IMG/VR virus record: IMGVR_UViG_3300025528_000383
Length of the DNA stretch: 64,000 bases
Strand: one strand, 5' to 3'
From: a virus
Below the pieces are notes generated by a model. That model did no database searches and was not told the DNA's origin. It saw nothing but the letters and a program-made list of their open reading frames with translations. The position numbers and the translations under genes are program-made. Below, in pieces: positions 29,958-39,500 of this stretch. How positions within the stretch are numbered: position 1 is the first letter of the stretch; the number at the start of each line of letters is the position of its first letter.

Positions 29958-30488
29958 TTAATCGTGCATTTTCCTCGAAATACGTTCTTTCAGATGAGCG
30001 TATTCTGACGTCTCAATAGATCCCTCTCTATAAGCCCTCTCGACTTCCTTGAGCTGTTGGAGGGTTTCTTCGATCTTCCGTTGACCGAATGGATTCCGCC
30101 GACGCAATTTCTTCGCTTGGTGGATACGGGCAGAAAACCTACGTGCAGAAGTCTCATCTGGGAGGCGGAAATCAATTTTCTCTCCAGCGTAGAAAACGGA
30201 AAGAATGGACGTATGTTTCGATTTATGGAGAGAGACCTTAATATCGTCAAGGGGAAGAGACATCACCTTTCGTTTTCGAGCAAACACGATCCGATCGGCG
30301 GTCAGAGCCAAAAGACCAAACCCTCTATTTCTGGCGGGTAGTAATCCCACGACCCCTTCCCCAGGAGCAAGATGTCGTTGGAGATTCTTTCGCTCCAAGA
30401 AAAGGGCAGCAAAACATAAGCCGAACCAAGGATTGTCCGCCGTAAGAGTAGCGATCGCTTGCTCAATGGTTTCTTCTAGTTGCATCAT
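29958..30488 (-). CDS. Bacterial PH-domain plus SHOCT-like protein
   Basis: GLLALTADRIVF; C-terminal LKEVERAYREGSIETSEYAHLK. Confidence 0.55.
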   Translation of the reverse strand: MMQLEETIEQAIATLTADNPWFGLCFAALFLERKNLQRHLAPGEGVVGLLPARNRGFGLLALTADRIVFARKRKVMSLPLDDIKVSLHKSKHTSILSVFYAGEKIDFRLPDETSARRFSARIHQAKKLRRRNPFGQRKIEETLQQLKEVERAYREGSIETSEYAHLKERISRKMHD

Positions 30489-30639
30489 GACCATCCTTTC
30501 AACTTTTTGCTATACTATTTCCTTCTTCTCTTTCCTATTCTCCTCACTCCGCAGAATACCAGATGACCGCGGGCATGGAAACTTATCCGGGGACATAGAA
30601 TGATGGGAATGAAAGAGCACACAAAAAGAGGTGAGGGGT

Positions 30640-31635
30640 ATGAATCCGATCTTCCGTTGGAATCGAAAAAAGGGATCAGGGACATACCTGAAATACGAGG
30701 AAGGAGAAGTGGTCCCGGTGGAACCAAAACAACCCCATTATCCCCCGTTTTTGGATGAAAGCGATGACGAAATCTCTGTGAAAGAGTTCAAAGAGATCTC
30801 GGGCAGAAAACAAGATTCCGACCAATACGGTTTCTGGAAGCGGGATTCCGGTGGTCCGGATAAGGGCGGAACGGAGCATTCAGGTAACGCGAAACCACCA
30901 AGGAACCCACGTGGTGTCGGCATTCTGATGCGTCTGTTTTGGCTTGCCATTCTGGGCATCCTCGTCTATTATTTCATCCCAATCTTCCAATATTTCATTT
31001 CTGAACCCCCGAAATGGTTTGAACAGACGAAAACCGGTATGAACAAAGCGTTGAAGGACGTGGCGGACGCTACAAACAAAGCGACAGATCAGGCCAAAAA
31101 CAAGACGGGTGAAATCATCCAAAAAGCCGGCAAGACCTCAGAAAATATCGCTAACACCGGAAAAGAAGCTCTCAAACAACCGGATCCGTCAAACAAAACC
31201 GTCTCCCTTTCTACCGACGAGTGGCTGAAGCTGCTTTCTGAAAGCCAAAACACAAAACAGCAGCTCGTCCAGGAAGTCAAGGAACTAACCGAAAGCCTTC
31301 TTGACGGGAAAATCTCGCTCAGCCGCTATCGGCTCGAAATGAGAGGGATCACCACAAACACCCAACGTCAACAGGAAATCCTGGCGAGATACATGAATGC
31401 CAACGACACATCCGTAACGGATTCGACGTTAAAGGCTCTCGCCGACGAATACGCCCAACTGGAAAACTGGACGGTGGCGTTGGGTGCGGTCAGAAATGAT
31501 GACATTGTTCCGATCTACAACCAAGGGGCCAAGGAACAAAACGCCCTCACCCAAGCCTACTCCAACGCTTTTTGCTCAATGCTTTCCGCCTTCGGCCGCC
31601 CCTACAAGATTCAAAACGGAGCCATCGTCTACTGA
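30640..31635 (+). CDS. Membrane-anchored hypothetical protein
   Basis: One TM, helical C-terminus. Confidence 0.6.
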   Translation: MNPIFRWNRKKGSGTYLKYEEGEVVPVEPKQPHYPPFLDESDDEISVKEFKEISGRKQDSDQYGFWKRDSGGPDKGGTEHSGNAKPPRNPRGVGILMRLFWLAILGILVYYFIPIFQYFISEPPKWFEQTKTGMNKALKDVADATNKATDQAKNKTGEIIQKAGKTSENIANTGKEALKQPDPSNKTVSLSTDEWLKLLSESQNTKQQLVQEVKELTESLLDGKISLSRYRLEMRGITTNTQRQQEILARYMNANDTSVTDSTLKALADEYAQLENWTVALGAVRNDDIVPIYNQGAKEQNALTQAYSNAFCSMLSAFGRPYKIQNGAIVY

Positions 31636-31755
31636 GAGGCTCCGTTCTTTTTCGTTCGTTTATAACCTTCCCCTTATTCACATATGATAAAAGGAATTTG
31701 GAAAAAGCCAGGAATTGGCAAAAGCCAATTTTATTTTTTAAAGGAGGAGAAAAAA

Positions 31756-32238
31756 TTGACCGTAAAAACATCTTTAAAGGAAGAGCGACTGCTGAAGTGG
31801 GTACAAAAAGCATTGTTTTATACTAGGAAAGAACGTATAACAAGGGTCTCCCCAAAGCCTGGTGACATCTATGCCGTGGATATGGGGGAAAACATCGGGT
31901 CGGAAATTAACGGAATCCGACCTTGCGTCGTGATCTCCGGAACAAAGTATAACCTAAGATCCGGAACATTCACGATCATCCCCATCACCGGCCACGACGA
32001 AGCTCTGCCTGGACAGCTTCTCATCACGGACGACCTGTTGGACGAAGGACAGGTCCGTGGAGTGATCAAAATTGAAATGATCACCACCGTGTCTAGGGGG
32101 CGTGTCGGCAACTACATCGGCCGGCTCAATCTGAAGGGTCGGAGTCAGTTGGCTACGAAATTGTATCGTTTTTTCTCCCCGCTCCATCGCCAGACGTTCA
32201 AACTCTTAACAATTGGAAATTCGTCGTTAGGTCAATAA
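31756..32238 (+). CDS. PemK/MazF-family endoribonuclease, no adjacent antitoxin seen
   Basis: GDIYAVDMGENIGSEINGIRPCVVIS, IIPIT, ITTVSRGR; TTG start after AAGGAGG. Confidence 0.85.
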   Translation: MTVKTSLKEERLLKWVQKALFYTRKERITRVSPKPGDIYAVDMGENIGSEINGIRPCVVISGTKYNLRSGTFTIIPITGHDEALPGQLLITDDLLDEGQVRGVIKIEMITTVSRGRVGNYIGRLNLKGRSQLATKLYRFFSPLHRQTFKLLTIGNSSLGQ

Positions 32239-32253
32239 AAAGAAGCCCTGCGA

Positions 32254-32793
32254 TTAGCAGAGCTTCTTTTTTTGATGTTCCAGAATAAGTCGAACGGTCT
32301 CCTCGACATTGTTGTTGAAAAGAACAAGATCAACAAATTCTGGAGGATTGAATTCGTCTCGTTCGTGTGCTACTCGGATCCGTTTCTGAATGGAGTCTGG
32401 GGTATCCCCACGCTCGCGGAGCCTACGCTCCATCTCCGCTGATGATATGGCCAAAAACACGATATCCACCCGATCGCCATAAACCTTTTTTACCGCCTGT
32501 GCCCCTTCCTTTTCGAGGATAACAACAAGTCGGTCGTATTGATTCGCTTTTTCTTCAATCTCCCAGACCGTGAGACCGTACCAGAAACCCGAATATAGAA
32601 CTTTTTCGATTTTCGGGAGTCGGTGGAATTCATCAGGCGTGACAAAATGATAATCCACCCCATCTTTTTCACCGTTCCGTTTTGGGCGGGTCGTGGTGGT
32701 GATCAGCCTTTTGTAACCACACTCTTCTAGTTTCCGAGCAATCGTTGTTTTGCCCGATCCGCTCCCACCCATCAACACCAACAGTGTCTTCAT
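32254..32793 (-). CDS. gmk: Guanylate kinase
   Basis: GGSGSGKTT, TTTRPKRNGEKDGVDYHFV. Confidence 0.88.
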   Translation of the reverse strand: MKTLLVLMGGSGSGKTTIARKLEECGYKRLITTTTRPKRNGEKDGVDYHFVTPDEFHRLPKIEKVLYSGFWYGLTVWEIEEKANQYDRLVVILEKEGAQAVKKVYGDRVDIVFLAISSAEMERRLRERGDTPDSIQKRIRVAHERDEFNPPEFVDLVLFNNNVEETVRLILEHQKKKLC

Positions 32794-32929
32794 CCACTCC
32801 TCACCCCTGTTCTACGATAATGAGTCGATATCGGCCGAATTCCCCATTCCTTTGTTTTTCGATTCCTTGTATTCTATTAAATCTCGAACTTATTCATGAT
32901 CGAAAAAAAAGTCCCCAGAATTGGGAACT

Positions 32930-33448
32930 TCAGCGAAGGGGAACAGTTTGTTGGTGCTCTCCAGCTTCATCCGAAAATTTGGACACGTTCAATTTCTGCG
33001 GTCTCCTGAACTCTTCCAATCCGGAAAGGAGTGTCTCTCTCGCCTTTCGGTAACGTTTGGAAAGACTTTCTGGGAGGATAAAGCGGTTCGTGGACCGGAG
33101 GTGATCTTCCAAATCCGCCAGTTTCACGATCGTGGCCAAGCGGTCTGGTTTTAATCGCCAGATGTAGTCAGCATAAGTCTCATCTTTTTTCCGTGTGAGA
33201 ATGACCACGGTATCACAGACAACCGAATCGGGATGCAATCGCCGGAGATCCTCTTCCGATAGCTCCGTATCTTCCAGAATGTCATGCAATAGACCAATAG
33301 CAATCAAACGGGAACTTTCCTCGGCTGTTTTTCCCTTCATCCCGGCCAGCGTTCCCACGCGGCAAACATGGTAGATATAAGGATCTCCCGCCTTGTCCAC
33401 TTGATCCTTATGGTAGGTTTTGGCGAGTTTCAAAGCAATTTCTATCAT
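32930..33448 (-). CDS. RelA/SpoT-type HD hydrolase (small alarmone hydrolase-like)
   Basis: H..Q.DKAGDPYIYH, LLHDILEDT, VKLADLEDH. Confidence 0.75.
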   Translation of the reverse strand: MIEIALKLAKTYHKDQVDKAGDPYIYHVCRVGTLAGMKGKTAEESSRLIAIGLLHDILEDTELSEEDLRRLHPDSVVCDTVVILTRKKDETYADYIWRLKPDRLATIVKLADLEDHLRSTNRFILPESLSKRYRKARETLLSGLEEFRRPQKLNVSKFSDEAGEHQQTVPLR

Positions 33449-33493
33449 GCCTCCGGTGTCAGCTTGAATGATGTACATGGAATCAACCTCAAT

Positions 33494-33739
33494 TCATGCG
33501 GATCGTGACTTGCATGGTCCCGAAAGAATGTAACAGGGAATGATTTCGTCGGCCGAAAATTCAAGTTCGATCCGATATCCCCCTCGTTTCCGGCCTGGGA
33601 CCCAAAACTCCACGAGATAATTTCCGTTCGGCAACTCGGACATGACCGTGCCGACCATTTCTTCCTCGTCCTCCATAATGTGTAGCACTTTGTCTCCCCG
33701 TCGAAAAATATGCGGTTTCATTGCCTTAATGTCCGTCAT
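33494..33739 (-). CDS. Hypothetical protein
   Basis: RBS GAGGTG. Confidence 0.55.
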   Translation of the reverse strand: MTDIKAMKPHIFRRGDKVLHIMEDEEEMVGTVMSELPNGNYLVEFWVPGRKRGGYRIELEFSADEIIPCYILSGPCKSRSA

Positions 33740-33885
33740 CCAATCAGGTTCACCTCTTTATCGAGAATGTTTTCCTTAATGTAACCTAGAATGAAATAAG
33801 GACTCATTCCAGGGAGGCGGGAAACTTGCCTCGATCCTTTCTCGCCTCCTCTTGTTTTCATTTTTGTTCCAATTATAATCATATT

Positions 33886-33901
33886 ATTGCCTATAGTCAA
33901 T
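33886..33901 (+). promoter_or_regulatory. Operator copy ATTGCCTATAGTCAAT downstream of a TATAAT -10
   Basis: One mismatch from the perfect palindrome. Confidence 0.75.
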
Positions 33902-33936
33902 ATTGGGGAACTTCCAACAGAAAGGGGGGCTCCGTG

Positions 33937-34272
33937 ATGGGGTATGAATACAAGCCGGAAGACCTAAAAGTGGACATTGAGGTCATTCAACGTAAAGCCG
34001 AGGAGCGGCGGAACGCGAAAGAACCATTTATAGAACCGGAACAAGAAGAGCCGCTTTCAAACAGTAAGGCAGTTCTCGTTGTGATAATGCTGCTTGTGAT
34101 GTACATCTTCGTCACGGCGTTACCGACTTTTCTCTTCATGCACTTTTTCCACCTGTCCTTTTGGTGGTCGCAGGCCATTTCATTCGCGGGGGTGGTTCTT
34201 ATTGTCTGGATCTTTGGGCTGTACAAGCCGGCAAGCAAGGAACAGAAAATGAAGTCGAAAATCTTGTTGTGA
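33937..34272 (+). CDS. Small membrane protein (start revised)
   Basis: Two TM; RBS AAAGGGGGG. Confidence 0.6.
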   Translation: MGYEYKPEDLKVDIEVIQRKAEERRNAKEPFIEPEQEEPLSNSKAVLVVIMLLVMYIFVTALPTFLFMHFFHLSFWWSQAISFAGVVLIVWIFGLYKPASKEQKMKSKILL

Positions 34273-34306
34273 TTGACGACGATCAGGAATAAAAAAGGAG
34301 CCATGT

Positions 34307-34642
34307 TTATGGCTCCTTTGTTGTTAATTGACGTGTCTTTCTTTTCTGAATATATTCCAAGATTTCTTTCGGAAGGTTTTGTTTTCGAAGGAGGTCTTGG
34401 GCGATCACGCTAAGCATCTTGGCCACATCTTCGATCCGGTCCTCTGGGAGATCCGGAAATGAGTTCCGTACAATGGCACGGGCTTGATGACGGTTATAAA
34501 ATGCGTCCACCCGCCCGAGCCTTTTCGCCACATTCAGCGAAAGTTCCGCTGTCTTCTGGCGGTAACGGGTTCCACCATTCGCATGGTACTGTCTTTCCGA
34601 TTCCAGTTCTTGTAAGAAATCCAAGAAAGCAACCGGCTTCAT
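34307..34642 (-). CDS. Hypothetical protein
   Basis: RBS GAGGGCG. Confidence 0.6.
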   Translation of the reverse strand: MKPVAFLDFLQELESERQYHANGGTRYRQKTAELSLNVAKRLGRVDAFYNRHQARAIVRNSFPDLPEDRIEDVAKMLSVIAQDLLRKQNLPKEILEYIQKRKTRQLTTKEP

Positions 34643-34682
34643 ACTCGCCCTCTTCCTTTCTTCCCCTTGTTATTATTATAAC

Positions 34683-35255
34683 TTATTTTAGTCCTTTTTC
34701 CTCTAAAATATCCGGCAAAACGTGGAGATTTAAATCTGGATGCTCCGGATTGAGGACATAAGGGCGATACTCTTCAACCAGCTTCAGCAATTTGCCAATG
34801 TCGCATTTTTCCAGGATGTTTGTTTCCCTGAGATCTTCCAGGTCCTTTGGACGTTTAGAGAAAATCTTGGTGCAAGCTAATAACTCTAAACTTGGATAGA
34901 ACACCCGGATATTTTTCCAATTCCTTTTGAATTCAAAGAGGTTTTCTCCTTCTTTGAAGTCTTCCATGGGTGGAACCTCAACGACCCCACCAATCACATG
35001 GATGCCAACTTCATTCAGAGTATTCAGCACCGATTTTATATCATTAGCATTGAGGATATTGACATCGACATCTCTGGTAGGACGGAAGGACTCATTATGC
35101 AGCAAACTTATGCAAAGCAGAATGCCGGATCCGCCCAAAACAACCAGATCGGCTGTGATTTTTTTCAACCCGCATAAATAATCAAAAGTGTACAACAAAT
35201 CAGCAATAGCCTCTATCTTTGGATCTTCCCTATATTCCAAACGATACCCCTCCAT
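34683..35255 (-). CDS. DUF6036/AbiEii-like nucleotidyltransferase
   Basis: VLGGSG, RPTRDVD, K...RPKDLEDL. Confidence 0.7.
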   Translation of the reverse strand: MEGYRLEYREDPKIEAIADLLYTFDYLCGLKKITADLVVLGGSGILLCISLLHNESFRPTRDVDVNILNANDIKSVLNTLNEVGIHVIGGVVEVPPMEDFKEGENLFEFKRNWKNIRVFYPSLELLACTKIFSKRPKDLEDLRETNILEKCDIGKLLKLVEEYRPYVLNPEHPDLNLHVLPDILEEKGLK

Positions 35256-35308
35256 CTTTTAAAGAAAAATCCCTCCTGTCATAATTTGACGAGAAGGGAT
35301 GATTTCCT

Positions 35309-35518
35309 TCACCCACCATAGGAAAATTGATTCAAATCCTTTTCCGAAATCATCACGGTCCTCCTTTGAATGTCGCTCTGGACGATTTCTTTTGCTTCAG
35401 CTTCGTCAAAGCGACCGGCTTCCCGGATGTCCGTGGTGTATCCAAAACAGTTTTTCTTCCAGTAGTGTACGATGCCGCTACCAATGGTTCTTTCTAGATC
35501 CATTAGAACAAAATTCAC
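35309..35518 (-). CDS. Hypothetical protein
   Basis: RBS GGAGG; GYTTDIREAGRF. Confidence 0.55.
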   Translation of the reverse strand: MNFVLMDLERTIGSGIVHYWKKNCFGYTTDIREAGRFDEAEAKEIVQSDIQRRTVMISEKDLNQFSYGG

Positions 35519-35570
35519 AATCCATACCTCCTTGAATATTGTGTAGGAATTCCCGTCGCTCTACTTCTAC

Positions 35571-36152
35571 TCATTTCAACTGATAGAAGTAGAATAGGTT
35601 CCCGTCCATGTCCACTTCCATGACGCCATGAAAATATAACGACATGACAGGCAGATGTTCTGCTGGCATGTACAACAAGGCATGCTGGAAATCTCGGCTC
35701 AAAGCCTCGCAATGTTCATGAAGTGTCTTTTCCCCATGATCAAAGTAGCAGCCCCAGGTCAAGCATAACACGGAAACCGCCAAATCCCCTTTGTTAATTT
35801 GGAGTGGGCAGGGATATTTTCCGACGATATACCGGAAACGATCCCGGTTCCAAAATTCAAGGTCGTCGGACATTTCCACCCCGACATAATCGACTCCAGC
35901 CTGAAGAAAAATTTCGCTCTGGTGTCCATAAGCACACCCAATGTCGATAATCCTCCGAATGTCATGGGCGAGGCAAAACTCCGCTATTTTCTCATATATT
36001 TTGAAACTGTGACTGAGTAGATGGAAAATACAATCCTCTTCCATCAGGTACTGAGTGTCGCCGGATTCGCCATACAACACGTCCAACTCCTTCAGCCGTT
36101 CATTTAGCCGACTGTAATCGAAAGTCGGAAAGGATCGGGTTTCCCGTTCCAT
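35571..36152 (-). CDS. SAM-dependent methyltransferase-like protein
   Basis: IIDIGCAYG motif I, VGVE motif II. Confidence 0.55.
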   Translation of the reverse strand: MERETRSFPTFDYSRLNERLKELDVLYGESGDTQYLMEEDCIFHLLSHSFKIYEKIAEFCLAHDIRRIIDIGCAYGHQSEIFLQAGVDYVGVEMSDDLEFWNRDRFRYIVGKYPCPLQINKGDLAVSVLCLTWGCYFDHGEKTLHEHCEALSRDFQHALLYMPAEHLPVMSLYFHGVMEVDMDGNLFYFYQLK

Positions 36153-36541
36153 CCAGTTCCTACCCTTTAGTCGCACCAACTCTTTTTTCAACACTCGCTC
36201 CAACATCTCTTTCACACTCCTGTTTGAAATACAGGTTGTCCGTCCCTTCTTAACCGATTTTTTCAATCGCCGGACGCCCAGCTTGAAACACGCTGTCATG
36301 TTTCAAAGGGATTGAATGATGGTACAAAATCAAGCACATCCTCCTTTCTGAACCTATGGCCTTTCCAGGCAATTCCTTGGTTCTATCAGTCCTTTTATCT
36401 TACAAAACCCCCTTTGCTTTCATAACCTGAACTAAAGACCGTTTCCGAGTTGTTTATTCGACCATCTGAACTTTTTTTTATTAATTAAAAAAACGTCTTT
36501 GGTTTCGCAAAAAGAAAACCCCGGAATTTTCCGGGGCGGGT

Positions 36542-39500
36542 TCAGTAGATAACCCTCACGTTTTCTTTTCCGAGGAGATGCTGAAGCCGGTCGATGGTTT
36601 CGCCGTTGTGGTACCCCTTTAGCTCCCGTCCTCGACGAGTCTTGTATTCTTTTCCGTGGTATACGAACCGGATCGGGATCGTATTTTGGAAACCGTTCTT
36701 CTTCACGTCCGCCAGAATTTCTTCGATTTCGTCCAATTCCCTTTGTGCTTGGACAGAGTTGTCAGACAGTACGAGCTGGATGGCTTCCGGTTCGGTGACG
36801 GCAGTTAATGACTCGACCGTTCCAATGGATTCGGTCTTAAATTGCAACCCCCGGTCGCTGTAAGATACCGTGCCGATGAAGTAGAGCACAGCTCCTTCCT
36901 TTAGGAGATCACTGTACTGGTGGTAGGTTTGTGGGAAAATGACCGCACGGATCGATCCGGTTTCATCCTCGATTTCGTAATTTGCCATCCGTTCACCCTT
37001 CTTGGTGACAAACGGCTCGATTTCCTGAGCGACCCCGACGAGCGTGGCTTTGAATTCTCGTTCCTTACGCTCTGTTTCCTCTCCTTCTTCCTCTTCCATT
37101 TCGTCCTCTAGGGCAAGGAATTGGTGAATTTTGTGGAAATCTTTGATGTGCAGACTGGAGAGGAACGGGAGGTATTGGTCAATTGGGTGTCCTGTCACGT
37201 AGAACCCGGTATATTCTTTTTCTTTCATAAGTCGGGTATGCACATCAAGCTCCCCGGCCTCCTCCGGCATGGTCAATACTTTCATGACGGGCTGAAAGGC
37301 TTTCGCAGCAAAGAGCGGGACCACTCTTTCCTTTTTCGCCTCCTTAATGGTCGAGGCAATACCAAGAAGTCGGTCCAGTTGGGAGAGTTTTTCTTTCCGT
37401 GTTCCAGGGAACCCATCCAAGGAACCGGAATAAATCAAGGCTTCTATCATCCGCTTGTCGATGCGTTGGTACAACGCCATTCGTTGAATGAAGTCGAATA
37501 AGTCCCGGAACTTACCTCTTACTTTCCGCTCCTCGATGATGAATTCCCCGGATTTTCCCATGTTTCTGAGACCGGAGAATCCGAAGCGGATCGCCCCATC
37601 CTGTACGTTAAAATTCGTCTCGGAGGCGTTCACGTCCGGCGGAAGGACAGAAATGCCCCGCTCCTTGCAGACGCCGATGAACTGTTTGATTCTGTCAGAT
37701 TTCGTCTTGTACGAGTTGAGGATTTCGCAGAGCATCTCCGTCGGGTAATGGCAAGCAAGGTACCCGCTCATGGCAGAGATGGCCGAATATCCAACGGCAT
37801 GACTTTTGTTGAAGGCGTATTCAGCAAACTTTTCCATGCGGTTCCAGATATCCTCGGCAAGATCAAGCGGAACGCCCATCTTCTGACATCCCTTGATGCC
37901 AAGATCATCTGAACCGTACAGGAAGTAGTCCTTGTACTGTTCAATGATTTCCTTCTTCTTCTTGCCCATCGCCTTGCGGATCGTGTCGCTTTGCCCCCGG
38001 CTGAATCCGGCGAGTTCCCGAACGATAAACATGACCTGTTCTTGGTAGACAATAACGTTGTAGGTCGGCTTCAAGATCCGCTCAAGCTCGGGTAGATCGT
38101 AGACAATGTTGTTCGGGTCGAGCATGTTTTTCAGATAGTTGGGGATTTCCGCCATCGGTCCCGGCCGGTAGAGGGAAATACCTGCCACGAGACGTTCGAA
38201 ACATTCCTCCGCACTCTTCGGGTCGTCCGGATCCATCCGGTCGATGTCCTGAAAGAGCTGTTTCATGAGGTCGGTCATCCCCGCCGATTCGAGTTGAAAT
38301 ACCCCGGCTGTATTGCCGTCCCGAATGAATCGGTATACGTCGAGGTCCTTTTTGGCCACCTCCGACAGGCTGTTGATGTCGAGCGGTTCTAACCCTTCCG
38401 CCAACCGTTTTTGGTTCGCTCGGGCGAGGACACGGTCAATGACGCCCATCATGCGGAGGCCCAAAAAGTCCATTTTGAGAAGCCCCATCTCTTCACATTC
38501 CACCATGTCAAACTGCGTGACGGTTTCCCGCTCTTTCGTTTCATTGTTGACGGCTGTTGCCTGTGGAATGAAGTCGGTCACGGGACCTGGAGCGATAATG
38601 TAACCGCAGGCGTGAATGGACGTGTTTCTCGGCAGCCCTTCCAGTTTCATCCCCATATCAACGACTTTCTTCACGTCAGGATCCGATTCGTACATCTGGC
38701 GAAATCCAATGTCATGAGCGATCAAGTTTTTGAGGGAGATATCGAGGCTTTTTCCGTCCACTTCCAATTTCTCTGGAATCATTTTGGCGATTTTGTCCCC
38801 GAAGGAAGACGGATATCCCATCACCCTTGCCATGTCCCTCACGACGAGTTTTGCCCCCATCGTGCCGAAGGTGATGATCCCAGAGACAGAATCCTTGCCA
38901 TACAGATCCCGGACATATTCCAGTACCTCTTCCCGGCGAGTATCCGGGAAGTCCATGTCGATGTCCGGCATGGAAATCCTATCCGGATTCAAAAAACGTT
39001 CAAAAAGAAGTCCGTAGGGGATTGGATCGATGTTCGTGATGTTCAGGCAGTAAGCGACAAGCGATCCGCAGGCTGAACCCCGTCCCGGCCCTACCGCCAA
39101 TGGTGCCGGATCGTAACCTTTCTTTTTGATGAAGGTTTTCCACCTTTCAGCGGTCTTTTCATCCACTTGGTCATAAGCCCGCTTCGCATAACCGACATAA
39201 TCGGCCACGATCAGGAAATAACCCGGGAATTTCATCTTTTCAATGGTCTCAATTTCGAATTCCAGACGCTCCCGGTATTCTGGGTCATTGTATTGTGGTT
39301 TTCCTTTGAAACGGTGCTCGAATCCCTTATGCACCAAAAAGCGGAAGTATTCGCTCTGGTCTTTGAAACCTTCCGGCACGGGGAACACAGGCATGTGATG
39401 TTGCCCCATCTTGATTTCACATTGAATGCGTTCCGCCAATTCAAGGGTGTTGTCAAGGAGCTCGGGAAGATCGTGAAAGAGAGTTTCCATCTCATCTGAA

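Noticed and set aside
39050-39200. Insertion next to the GRGS motif of DnaE considered as an intein
   Set aside because: It is only ~25 aa, with no Cys/Ser start, HN end or LAGLIDADG motif.
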